Shown here in pieces: positions 25,443-36,860 of a stretch of 64,000 bases of DNA (the stretch's first letter is position 1; each line of letters starts with the position of its first letter). The stretch is taken from assembly GCA_964016885.1 (NCBI GenBank), contig OZ024743.1, positions 331,452,001-331,516,000 of the forward strand, read 5' to 3'. Both the position numbers and the translations under genes were made by a program. The DNA comes from Eledone cirrhosa (Eukaryota). The notes below the pieces were generated by a model, which saw nothing but the letters and a program-made list of their open reading frames with translations, ran no database searches and was not told the origin of the DNA.

Positions 25443-26035
25443 GACAGCAAATTGGCAGAGTCGTTAGAACATCGGATAAAATGCTTTGCGTTATTTGTTT
25501 CAGCTCTTTACTCTCTGACTTCAAATCCTGCCAAAATCAACTTTGCCTTTCATCCATTTAAGGTCGATAAAAAAGTACCAGTCTTGTATTGGGATCGATT
25601 CTTCCTCTATATCTCTTTCTCACTTTCATTCTCTTACTCTCTATCGCTCTCTGGAAGAAATCTGCTATATTCAGACCTGGAGAGGAGATGGGCTCCACTA
25701 GGTTTTAAAATGCCCTAGAAATGCTAAATGTCAATATGTGCGTGTGACAGCTCACACCTATGCAGGTTTAGCTGACCTCCTCCAAGGTATATCTCGTTGG
25801 AGGTGTCTTGGGTAATTTAATGATAGGGGCCCCAGTCCTATCATCACATTTCTACAGCTGAGGAAACTGGAGCAACGTGAAATAAAGTGTTTTGCTCAAG
25901 GAAACAACACATCACCCGGTCCGAGAATTGAACTCACAACCTTTCGATTGCAAGCCCAATGCTCTAACCACTAAGCCATGTGCCTTCACTAAATGTCAAT
26001 ATGGCATCCCTACAACTCCCTCAGGAGTTACGAAT
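25443..26035 (+). mobile_element. tRNA-headed SINE (long-tail family) interrupted by a second SINE
   Basis: Matches 45378-45690 once the insert is removed. Confidence 0.85.
25739..25988 (-). mobile_element. tRNA-headed SINE with 15-bp TSD
   Basis: A-box tggcttagtggttagagc, B-box gagttcaattct; TSD ctaaatgtcaatatg at 25724-25738 and 25989-26003. Confidence 0.9.
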
Positions 26036-26967
26036 ATATACATATTTTATATACTTAGATATTATATAGACTTATTTACCTCACATTCCATGTAAAGTGG
26101 GATATGTAGATGAAGGCAAGCTAAGAAGAGTAAGCTATAGGGAGTTGGGAAGGAGAAATACAACAAACAAGAGAAATCTTGTTTAAAAACGGTATAGAGT
26201 ACCTTTTGTGTTTTATTGTTCATTTAAGTGAAGGTAGAGGCATAGAAAGAGGAGGGTGTAAGAGTTAATGTTAAAATTAAAATCAGAACTAGAATTAAGA
26301 TTAGCATTAGTATAGTTACCGTGAATGGTCATGAGGCTACAATCTATGAAACTCATTACTGGTATATATATATCAATATATATTCTTAAACAGAAACATA
26401 TTTAGAATGGGTTAGGGGTTCGGAAATACAGAGGATGTGTGTTTGTTATGAGTTTGGAATCTGATGGTCTTGTCCACTAGATGTTTTGTTTATTGTTAGC
26501 TTTGTTTCCTGAGTGTATTATTAATGAATAAGGGATTCGATGATTGCTTGCATTCATTCTGGGTGTGTCTGCATTCAGATGTGTGTGTTTCATGGTCAGT
26601 TGTGCATATTTGTATATATATAGTGTAGGTGATACAGTGAATTACTGGCGGTGGTACCAAAACAAGCACTCTATGCACAGGCAGAGTGTATATGTTTAAA
26701 AAAAAATGTACATGTACTTAGCATATATATGTATAGTGTATATATTTATGGTAGTTATTGGTGAATAGATTTGTTTAAGTATACAAGTATACTTATATTT
26801 TATATACTTATTTACTTTATATCCTAACATATTTTGAATGTCTATTTTAGTGGAGGTCTCTCAGTACAAGTGACATAGTGAGAGACAGTAGGAGATTATA
26901 TAATTGCTTTTAATACTAAACCATAACAAAAATATTCTAAAGATATATCTACTACTGTTGTATTGCC

Positions 26968-27170
26968 ATATACATGTTCCTACCCCTAACACAACAACCA
27001 AGCTATCCACCAATGTTTCATTGAATTATACATGTTCCTACCCCTAACACAACAACCAAGCTATCCACCAATGTTACATTGAATTATACATGTTCCTACC
27101 CCTAACACAACAACCAAGCTATCCACCAGTGTTACATTGCACTATCCATGTTCCTAACCTTAACACAAAC
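26968..27170. repeat. 58-bp tandem repeat (~3.5 copies)
   Basis: tacatgttcctacccctaacacaacaaccaagctatccaccaatgttacattgaatta. Confidence 0.9.
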
Positions 27171-27284
27171 ACTAAAGATAATATTTACTTCAGTACAGTC
27201 TAACACCAGGGTACAGACACCTGATGGGAAAGGAATGGGAGAGGTTTTGCAAGACACTAAATCTTTTGGTAATGTGGGTATTAA

Positions 27285-29203
27285 CATCATCATCATTTAA
27301 TACATCATCATCATCATCATCATCATCGTTTTACGTCCATCTTCCACGCTTGCATGGGTTTGGACGGGAGTTTTCCCACTTGAGGCAAGAGTGGTTGTCT
27401 TGCTCGCATAGGACTGTCTGGCGGGTTTTCTATGGCTGGATGCCATTCCTAACACCAACCACGTTTACAGTGTGGACTGGGAGGTTTTTACCGTGTTACC
27501 TACACGGCCACATTACAGCGTGGATTGTGTGTTTTTTTGTCGTGACACCTACACGTCTGGCGGGTTTTCTAGGGCTGGGTGCCCTTCCCAACACCAACCA
27601 CGTTTACAGTGTGGACTGGGAGGTTTTTACCGTGTTACCTACACGGCCACATTACAGCGTGGACTGTGTGTTTTTTTTGTAGTGACACCTACACGACCTC
27701 ATTTGTTTTGGACTGGATGTTGTGGTACCAACATAACTTTACATTGAAAGGGGTGGTGTGGATGGGGTGGGGGTAGTGGGACGGGGTGTATTTTTGTTAG
27801 AGGTGCCTACTGACTGTAGGTTTCACTTTGTATTTAGGTAAGGTGGGTCTTCTGTATTACTGTGTAGCACCAAAGATCTCGGTCCAGTGACATTGTCTTG
27901 GAGAGGTGTAAGTGTGTGAGGTCGGAATTTATCAAGTCGTCCCAGGTTTTTCTGGGTCTACCTACTCCGTGGCTACCGTCTATTTTTATTGCCCTGCACT
28001 TTTTTATACAGCTGTCGTCTTTCATGCGCATCACGTGACCGTACCAACATAGTCTTCTCTCGAGTAAACAACATCTGATCCCTCTTATTTCTAATTTTTC
28101 CCTTAGTTCGTTTATGCTTTGCCGTTCACGTATATTACTATTACACATCCAGCGGAGCATGCAAGCTTCGTTCCTCTCCAGTCTGCATATATCCTCTGCA
28201 CACAATGCCCAGGTCTCACTGCCATGTAACATTGCTGTTCGTATGCAGGCATCATACAGCCTGCATTTCATTTTTGGAGAGAACCCTTTAGCGGCTAATG
28301 GTGGTATAAGCTCTCTGAACTTTTTCCATCCAGTTCTGACTCTAGGTACTGTACTTTCAGAGCACCCTCCACCACTGCTGATTTTGTCACCCAAGTAACG
28401 GAAGGTGTCCACTATTTCTATAGAACCATCTGTGCAATGGAATGAGCTAGTATTCTGTGGGCACTTGCTGCTACTTATCGCACCAGAGCACGAGCCACAT
28501 ATAAAATCTATGTTCTTAGTTAGCTTACCTGTGATCCCACTACATCTTTTATGCACCCATACTTTGCATTTGGGACATAAAATGGAGTTTCTACCTACTC
28601 CTTTCCTACACACTGAACATGGCCATTTCCCGGATGGGACCGGTACCCTATTTTCCTTCCTACAAACTATAACTTTAGTCTTAGACAGGTTAATGTTAAG
28701 GCCTTTTGATTCTAGGCCATGCTTCCATGTTTGGAATTTCTTCTCTAGTTCCGCCATTGATTCAGCTATGAGCGTTAGATCATCTGCGTATATGAGTTCC
28801 CATGGGCAGTCGGTCTTGAACTCCACTGTTATAGCCTGAAGGGCAATAATAAATAGTAGGATGCTAAGAACGGAGCCCTGATGAACACCAACTTTTACGC
28901 TAAACTCTTCACTATATTCGTTGTTAATTCTAACCTTGCTGACTGTTTCTTTATACATGGCTTGTATAGCTCTCACAAGCCATTCATCAGTTTTCTAAGA
29001 GCCCACCTGATAATGGAACGGGGGACTCTGTCAAAGGCTTCCTCGAAGTCGACAAAAGCTAAGTATAGGGGTTTACTTTTAGCTAGGTACTTCTCCTGTA
29101 GTTGTCGTACAATGAAAAGAGCGTCTGTGGTACTTTTACCTGACACAAACCCGAACTGCATTTTATCTAGATCAATTCACTCTCTGATTAGTTGCGCTAT
29201 TAC
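27285..29203 (-). mobile_element. RTE LINE subfamily B, 5'-truncated
   Basis: QFGFVSGKST, FVDFEEAFDRV, VHQGSVLS, YADD, PHD finger, FRYLG, GRPRKTW; 3'UTR with a ~120-bp duplication. Confidence 0.93.
27834..28976 (-). pseudogene. RTE reverse transcriptase C-terminal half with internal PHD finger (380 aa open)
   Basis: ORF track translation. Confidence 0.9.
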
Positions 29204-29244
29204 TATAATATATATATATATATATAATATATATATAATATATA

Positions 29245-29780
29245 TTGGTAAACGGAAAAGAAAATGCTGACAAATTGTTCACAGTGAAAAATAGTTTAAT
29301 TAGGAATAAGTGAGAATTAGTAATAGTATTGGTTAGTATTCAGTTTTGGTTTTAAGTTTTACCGGTTGCGCATTTCTAATGCTTTTCAAAAATAATTTTG
29401 AGATAGAGCGTCCGTGATGTTTGCTCTGATCTGATCAGTTTTGGGAATTCTACCTGTTTTTATGTTAAAAAAGTGGCTCCAGCGGTATTAAAATAAGTTT
29501 TGCGCCAATTCGTGTTGCAAAAATTCTTGTGGTCAAAACAATTTTGATTGGTCGGTAGAGGTCATGTGAATGTTAAAAATTGATTTTGCGCCAAATGTAG
29601 GTTTGTGTCGGGTGATTGAGAAGTCACTGAGGAATAAGTTTTTCAAAACAAATATGTGTGTGTGTGTGTGTAGCAGAGTAATTCGTGGTAGAGGGATGGT
29701 CAGTAGGAATGTGTCTGTAAGTGTGTGGGGGATATTTTAACATGTTAAAAGATATTTCTCAGCTCTTGTCTTATACGGAG

Positions 29781-29816
<36 letters not shown>

Positions 29817-31402
29817 CTCTTTGTGTGTTAATGTACGCGTGTGTATGTGTGTGTGTATATATGTGTGTGTGTGTGAGAATGTGTGTGTGTGTGTGGGTGG
29901 ACCAGTATTTATTTCTGGTAAAATGGTGTACATTATTCGATATTTTCAGTAAAATCGATTCTCTCAATAGAGCATCAAAAACCTTAATAATAAAAGGTGT
30001 GAAATGATATATAGTATTGGCATAATACCAAGGTGTGTGTGAGTGTGTCCATATTGTACGTATTGCAAGGGGAATCCATTAGGCCTTGCCGTATACCTGT
30101 GCACAAATATGTATCTGGAGTGTGTCCAGAAATTGTATATCCGTGCACAAATTGTATACTTGTGTACAAATTGTACACATGTATCTGGAGTGTGTCCAGA
30201 AATTGTATACCTGTGCACAAATATGTATCTGGAGTGTGTCCAGATTGTACGTACTGCAAGGGGAATTCATTAGGCCGTTCCGTATTGGAATACTTGTGTA
30301 CAAATATGTATGTGCCCATCAGTGTGCAATGCATGTGTGCGTTTATGTATGTGTGTGTGTCGGCACGTTTATATCTATAGACATCAAAAGGTATGCAAAT
30401 TTGTCTATATTTGTGTTGCACCATAGAACATGTGTGTTTGCGTATGTCATTGTGTTTATCTGTGGGTAGAGATGTATGCTGATGTAGGTGTGTATGTTGT
30501 GGGTTCGTCTTAGGGAGAAGTGTTTAGATGGGGTTCGTATTTGTTAATAAAGTAAGATTCCTTGCTGATGCGCTGGGTGTGGGTGGCATTATCTTTAAAT
30601 TTGTAGAGGGGAAAGATTCTGAAGTTGGGATGATTTTGGGCGGCACAGGTATCAATGTGTTCAAACAGTGGTATTATCCTGTATTCCCGTATTTTAATTT
30701 GGGATCTATGGACAGTCATGCGTTGGCGGAGGCTGGTTTTGGTCTGGCCTATGTATTGTTCTCGACAACCTGAGCAAGTTAATAGATATATTAGATTTTC
30801 TGATGCGCATGTGAAATTGTGTTTTACTATAAAACGTTGTCCTTCTTTGAAATAGAATTCCGAACCCTCTATTGGGTTGATGCAAATGCCACAGTTGGGT
30901 CTATCGCATTTTTTTACTGTGGGTTTCGTTGTTGTGGTTGGCAGTACTTTGGCATGTGTTAGGATGTTTTTCATTGACTTAGATTGTCTTTTGCCCTTTA
31001 TGATATCGTGTGTTCGTAGGATTTGGTTCATTCTATGGTCCTTTATCAACACAGGGATGTTCTGGAGGATGGTGTCAAAGGCCTCATTGTTGAGGGGGTT
31101 GTGTGTGGAGATGTATGGAAGAGCTTTTAGTTTCGGTTGATTTACTTTAGGGTGTCTAAGGTCCTGGGTACTGAGTTTTAGGGCACGGATTTAGAGATGC
31201 AGGGTAGTCCCTGCCTATGAGTGTGTCCTTTAGTTCTTGTAGCCGTAAGTAGCAGGTGTTTTTATTGGAGACTATAGTACAGATTCTCTTGGCTAAGTTG
31301 TAGGGAATATTAATTTTAACGTGTCTAGGGTGGCAAGAGTTGAAAGGAAGATATTGCTTGGACTCTGTGAGGTTGTAGTATATGTCTGTTTCTATTTTTT
31401 GT

Positions 31403-31404
<2 letters not shown>
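29245..31404 (-). mobile_element. Penelope-like element, 5'-truncated (RT thumb, GIY-YIG endonuclease, long 3' region)
   Basis: IETDIYYNLTESKQYLPFNSCHPRHVKINIPYNLAKRICTIVS at 31260-31395 and the GIY-YIG ORF; the extent of the 3' region is uncertain. Confidence 0.8.
30510..31052 (-). pseudogene. Penelope-type GIY-YIG endonuclease
   Basis: KCDRPNCGIC...FTCASENLIYLLTCSGCREQYIGQTKTSLRQRMTVHRS...EHI...RISKESYFI..LN. Confidence 0.9.
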
Positions 31405-31446
<42 letters not shown>

Positions 31447-31703
31447 TAATTATATATATAATATATATATATATATATAATATATATATATATAATATAT
31501 ATATATATATATAATATATATATATATATATAATATATATATATATATAATATATATATATATATATAATATATATAATTATATATATATAATATATATA
31601 ATATATATAATTATATATATAATATATATATATAATTGTAGATATAATATATATAATTGTATATATAATATATATATATATAATATATATAATTATATAT
31701 ATA

Positions 31704-31750
<47 letters not shown>

Positions 31751-32104
31751 TAATTATATATATATAATATATATATATATATAATATATATATATATAAT
31801 ATATATAATTATATATATAATATATATATATATATAATATATATATATATAATATATATAATTATATATATAATATATATATATAATTGTATATATAATA
31901 TATATAATTGTATATATAATATATATATATATATAATATATATAATATATATAATTATATATATATAATATATATATATATATAATATATATATATATAA
32001 TATATATAATTATATATATAATATATATATATAATTGTATATATAATATATATAATTGTATATATAATATATATATATATATAATATATATAATTATATA
32101 TATA

Positions 32105-32145
<41 letters not shown>

Positions 32146-32147
32146 AT

Positions 32148-32194
<47 letters not shown>

Positions 32195-32215
32195 ATATAT
32201 ATAATATATATAATT

Positions 32216-32284
<69 letters not shown>

Positions 32285-32286
32285 AT

Positions 32287-32329
<43 letters not shown>

Positions 32330-32350
32330 ATATATATAATATATATAATT

Positions 32351-32402
<52 letters not shown>

Positions 32403-32438
32403 ATAATATATATATATAATATATATAATATATATAAT

Positions 32439-32480
<42 letters not shown>

Positions 32481-32633
32481 TATATATATATGTATATATT
32501 ATATATATATATATATATAATATATATAATATATATATATAATATATATATATAATATATAATATATATAATTATATATATAATTATATATATATATATA
32601 TAATTATATATATAATATATATATATATATAAT

Positions 32634-32678
<45 letters not shown>

Positions 32679-32713
32679 ATAATATATATAATCATATATA
32701 TAATATATGATGT

Positions 32714-32772
<59 letters not shown>

Positions 32773-32778
32773 TATATA
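31404..32778. repeat. ~1.37-kb almost pure A/T (TA)n-derived tract
   Basis: Directly visible. Confidence 0.97.
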
Positions 32779-33508
32779 TGATGCGTGTATCCGAACAGAG
32801 ATCTTGCATGGTAGTGAGACATGGGCGCTGAAGGTGGAAGACTTACATAGATTAGAGAGAAACGAAGCCTGCATACTCCGATGGATGTGTAAGAGTAGTA
32901 TACGCAAATGACAAAGCATAGATGAATTGAGAGAGAGACTGAGCATAAGAGGAATCAAATGCTGTGTGCAGGAGAGGCGGTTGCGTTGGTATGGACATGT
33001 GATGCGTATAAAGGATGACAGCTGCATAAAAAGGTGCAGAGCACTAGAAGTTGATGCAAACCACGGAGTGGGGAGACCCAAGATGACCTGGGATGAGGTG
33101 ATAAAAGCCGACCTTACCCAATTACACCTCTCAAAGGCGATGACACACGACCGTGACCTCTGGCGTCACGCAGTAATACAGAGTACCGACCTCCCATGGG
33201 TACAAGCTGAAGCATATAGACAATATGCCCCCACACCCCCCACTGCAAGGTGGTCGTGGAGGTGCCACGGCAAAAAAGCACCCAGCCCACACTGCAAAGT
33301 GGACGTGTAGGCGCCACAAAAAAGCACCCAGCACTCACTGTAAATGAGGTTGGTTTTAGGAAGGGCATCCAGCTGTAGTAATCAAGCCAAATCAGTTCCT
33401 GTATGAGCAAGGCATGGTCAGCCGACCAGACACTGCCCACAACAGGACAACCCGTCTAACCCATGCTAGCGTGGAAGAACGGACGTAAAACGGTGATGAT
33501 GATGATGA
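32778..33508 (+). mobile_element. RTE subfamily A 3' fragment
   Basis: RLRWYGHVMRIKDD..GRPKMTW plus full 3'UTR and (gat)n. Confidence 0.92.
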
Positions 33509-33526
33509 TATAATATATATATATAT

Positions 33527-33984
33527 GTTGCGCTGGTATGGACATGTGATGCGTATGAAGGATGACAGCTGCATAAAAAGGTGCAGAGCACTAGAAGTCG
33601 ATGGAAACCGCGGAGTGGGGAGACCCAATTACACCTGGCGTCACGCAGTAATACAGAGTACCCGACCTCCCATGGGTACAAGCTGAAGCATATAGACAGT
33701 ATGCCCCCACACCACCCACTGCAAGGTGGTCGTGGAGGTGCCACGGCAAAAAAGCACCCAGCCCACACTGTAAAGTGGACGTGTAGGCGCCACGAAAAAG
33801 CACCCAGCACTCACTGTAAATGAGGTTGGTGTTAGGAAGGGCATCCAGCTGTAGAAATCAAGCCAAATCAGTTCCTGTATGAGCAAGGCATGGTCAGCCG
33901 ACCAGACACTGCCACAACAGGACAACCCGTCTAACCCATGCTAGCGTGGAAGAACGGACGTAAAACGGTGATGATGATGATGAT
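33527..33984 (+). mobile_element. RTE subfamily A 3' fragment (internally deleted), tandem to the previous copy
   Basis: Near-identical 3'UTR; separated by (TA)n. Confidence 0.92.
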
Positions 33985-34071
33985 ATATATATATATAATA
34001 TATATATATATATATTATATATATATATAATATATATATATATATATAATATATATATATATATAATAGTA

Positions 34072-34104
<33 letters not shown>

Positions 34105-34143
34105 ATAATATATATATATATAATATATAATATATATATAATA

Positions 34144-35990
34144 TCATCATCATCATCATCATCATCATTTTACGTCCGCTTTTCCCTGCTTGCAAGGGTG
34201 GGACGGGTCTTATTCAGCACAGCATCTCTCCACTCGTCACGGTCCCTCGTCATCTTCACCGTGAGCTTCAGCGATCTGAGGTCTGTTCTCACCACCTCCG
34301 CCTATGTTTTTCGTGGTCTACCTCTACCACGTCTTCCTTCAACTGGCAATTCCTGGCACTTCTTCACCCATCGGTCATCCTCCATGCGCATCACATGTCC
34401 ATACCACCTCAGTCTCTTCTCCCGTACACTACATTCTATCCCTCTCAGACACAGTTTCTCTCTCAACACATTTATGCTGGGTCGTTCACGCACATTTACA
34501 CTGCACATCCAACGGAGCATGCTTGCCTCATTTCTCTCCAGCCGTCGCATATCCTCTGTAGTTGCTGCCCATGTCTCACTACCATGCAGCATCGCGCTCC
34601 TCACACAGGCATCATACAACCGGCCTTTCGTACGCGAAACCCTTCTTCGTCAACAGAGGAAGCAGCTCCCTAAACTTCTTCCAACCCATCCTTATTCTAG
34701 ATACTATGGCCTCGGAACACCCTCCTCCCATGCTAATCTGATCTCCTAGGTACCGGAAGCTATCCACCACTTCTATAGCGCCCTCTTGCATTTGAAAAAT
34801 GTGTCTATCAGTGCGACTTCTACTGTCTAATTTCCCTGTACATCTACTGCATACATATTTCTCCCTACCTGTTAGTTTGCCTGCTATCCCGCTACATCTC
34901 TTGTGTACCCAGGATCTGCATTGTGTGCATTTTATAGAATTTATGCCAGTTCCTTTTCTGCATATCGAACATGGCCATTTCCCTGACGGAATCAGGGTTT
35001 TGTCCTCTTTTCTACTCATCAACACTTTTGTCTTAGTTAGATTCACTCTCAGTCCTCTTGCTTCCAACTGCTGTTTCCATAGCCAGAATTTATTCTCTAC
35101 CTCCTCTACTGATTCTGCTATAAGAACCAGATCGTCAGCATAGAGAAGTTCCGATGGACATCCAGTCTTAAACTCCTCTGTTATGGCTTGGAGGACTATA
35201 ATGAACAAGAGCGGGCTGAGGACCGAACCCTGATGTACTCCTACTTGTATCTGGAATTCCTCACTAAACTCCATTCCTACCCTGATTTTACTGAGAGTAC
35301 CTCTGTACAAAGTTTGCACTGTCCTCACAAGCCATTCCTCAACACCTAGCTTCCTTAGGGACCACCAGATGACAGATCGGGGTACCCTATCAAAGGCCTT
35401 CTCTAGGTCAACAAAGGCTAAGTATAGTGGCTTATTCTTCTCTAAGAACCTCTCTTGCAATTGTCTCACCAAGAAGAGGGCATCTGTTGTACTCTTCCCA
35501 GGCACAAAACCAAACTGCATCTCATCTAGTTTGACCCTTTCTCAAAATTGTTGTGCTAAAATCCTTTCTGCCACTTTCATAACCTGATCTATCAGTTTTA
35601 TACCCCTATAATTGCTCCTCTCCAAAGCATCCCCTTTACCTTTGTAGCAATTTATGAGAATACTGCTGCACCAGTCTTTGGGTATGACACCACCATATAT
35701 AGCCTGATTGATGATGCGTGCAACCAGTTTAGTGCCTACGTCCCCTGATGCCTTCAGCATCTCAGTAACTATTCCCGATAGTCCGGCAGCCTTACCAGTT
35801 TTCATTTCCCTAATCGCCTCTTGGACCCTATATTCGTCAATCTCAATAGCTGGTCCCTCTGTCGGATCTACCAAGGGTAATTTCTCTCTCTCCCATTCGT
35901 TCTCCACATTCATCAGTCTCTCATAATGACATTTCCAGGCCTCCTTTTTCTGATCATTCGTGACACTTCTGATCATTCGTGACACAGCCG
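34144..35990 (-). mobile_element. RTE LINE subfamily C, 5'-truncated, short 3'UTR
   Basis: ORFs 35542-35985, 34612-35520 and 34302-34619 (NYRGIKL, DLEKAFDRV, YADD, PHD finger, GRPRKT). Confidence 0.93.
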
Positions 35991-36026
35991 TGTAATAATA
36001 TATATATATATAATATATATATAATT

Positions 36027-36205
36027 TCCACTACTAAGTGGTCGTGGAGGTGCCACGGCAAAAAAGCACCCAGCACTCACTGTAAATGAGGTTGGTGTTA
36101 GGAAGGGCATCCAGCTGTAGAAATCAAGCCAGAATCAGTTCCCGTCCCACCCTTGCAAGCAGGGAAAAAGCGGACGTAAAATGAAATGAAATGATGAAAT
36201 GAAAT
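36027..36205 (+). mobile_element. Chimeric RTE-A/RTE-C tail (second copy)
   Basis: Matches the reverse complement of 10156-10330. Confidence 0.8.
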
Positions 36206-36232
36206 AATATATATATATAATACATATATATA

Positions 36233-36298
<66 letters not shown>

Positions 36299-36317
36299 AT
36301 ATATACATATATATAAT

Positions 36318-36860
36318 ATATATGCTTGTCCAATTAGGCCCAAAAGTCGGTGGTTTTATTTAAAACCTTCTCCTCGTTTTTCTAAAATAACAATCTCTCG
36401 TTTGTTAAATTTTGGCCGAAATTTTCCAGGATTCATAAAATGGCCTCCCTCGACCCTCTTAATCTCTACTCTCCCCTCTCTATCACATACGTGCCTGCTG
36501 GCCTCTCTCTCTCTCTCGATCACCCCTCTCTCGATCAGTCCCTACTCTCACCAAATATAAATAAACCTGTTACGAGGTACGAATCTCAGAATTTGTCAAC
36601 TCTTATATAATGGTCAGGCTACTTCTACGAAATGTAATGTAAAAATACCATTTTCTTCTTGTGTCTCCATCCTTCGGTTCATTCATCCATATATCTGAGG
36701 CCCAGAATCCAATCTTGCTTTCTCAATGCTATTCTATAATTCGATCTGGTTGTTCTAAATAATCTTGTGTATTTTAAAATCCCAGTATTCGCTTATTACT
36801 GTTATATGCTTGTCCAATTAGGCCCAAAAGTCGAGGATTTTATTTAAAACCTTCTCCTCG
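36318..36860. mobile_element. Unclassified ~0.5-kb element with ~57-bp terminal direct repeats
   Basis: atatgcttgtccaattaggcccaaaagtcg..g.ttttatttaaaaccttctcctcg at about 36320-36376 and 36804-36860. Confidence 0.55.

Noticed and set aside
25915-25988. tRNA gene candidate (also 42207-42265 and 13762-13830)
   Set aside because: No proper acceptor stem, and it continues into a SINE core with a TSD; it is a SINE head
26042-26810. 16-bp direct repeat atattttatatactta as the TSD of an unknown insert
   Set aside because: Low-complexity AT match, and no diagnostic element features recognised inside
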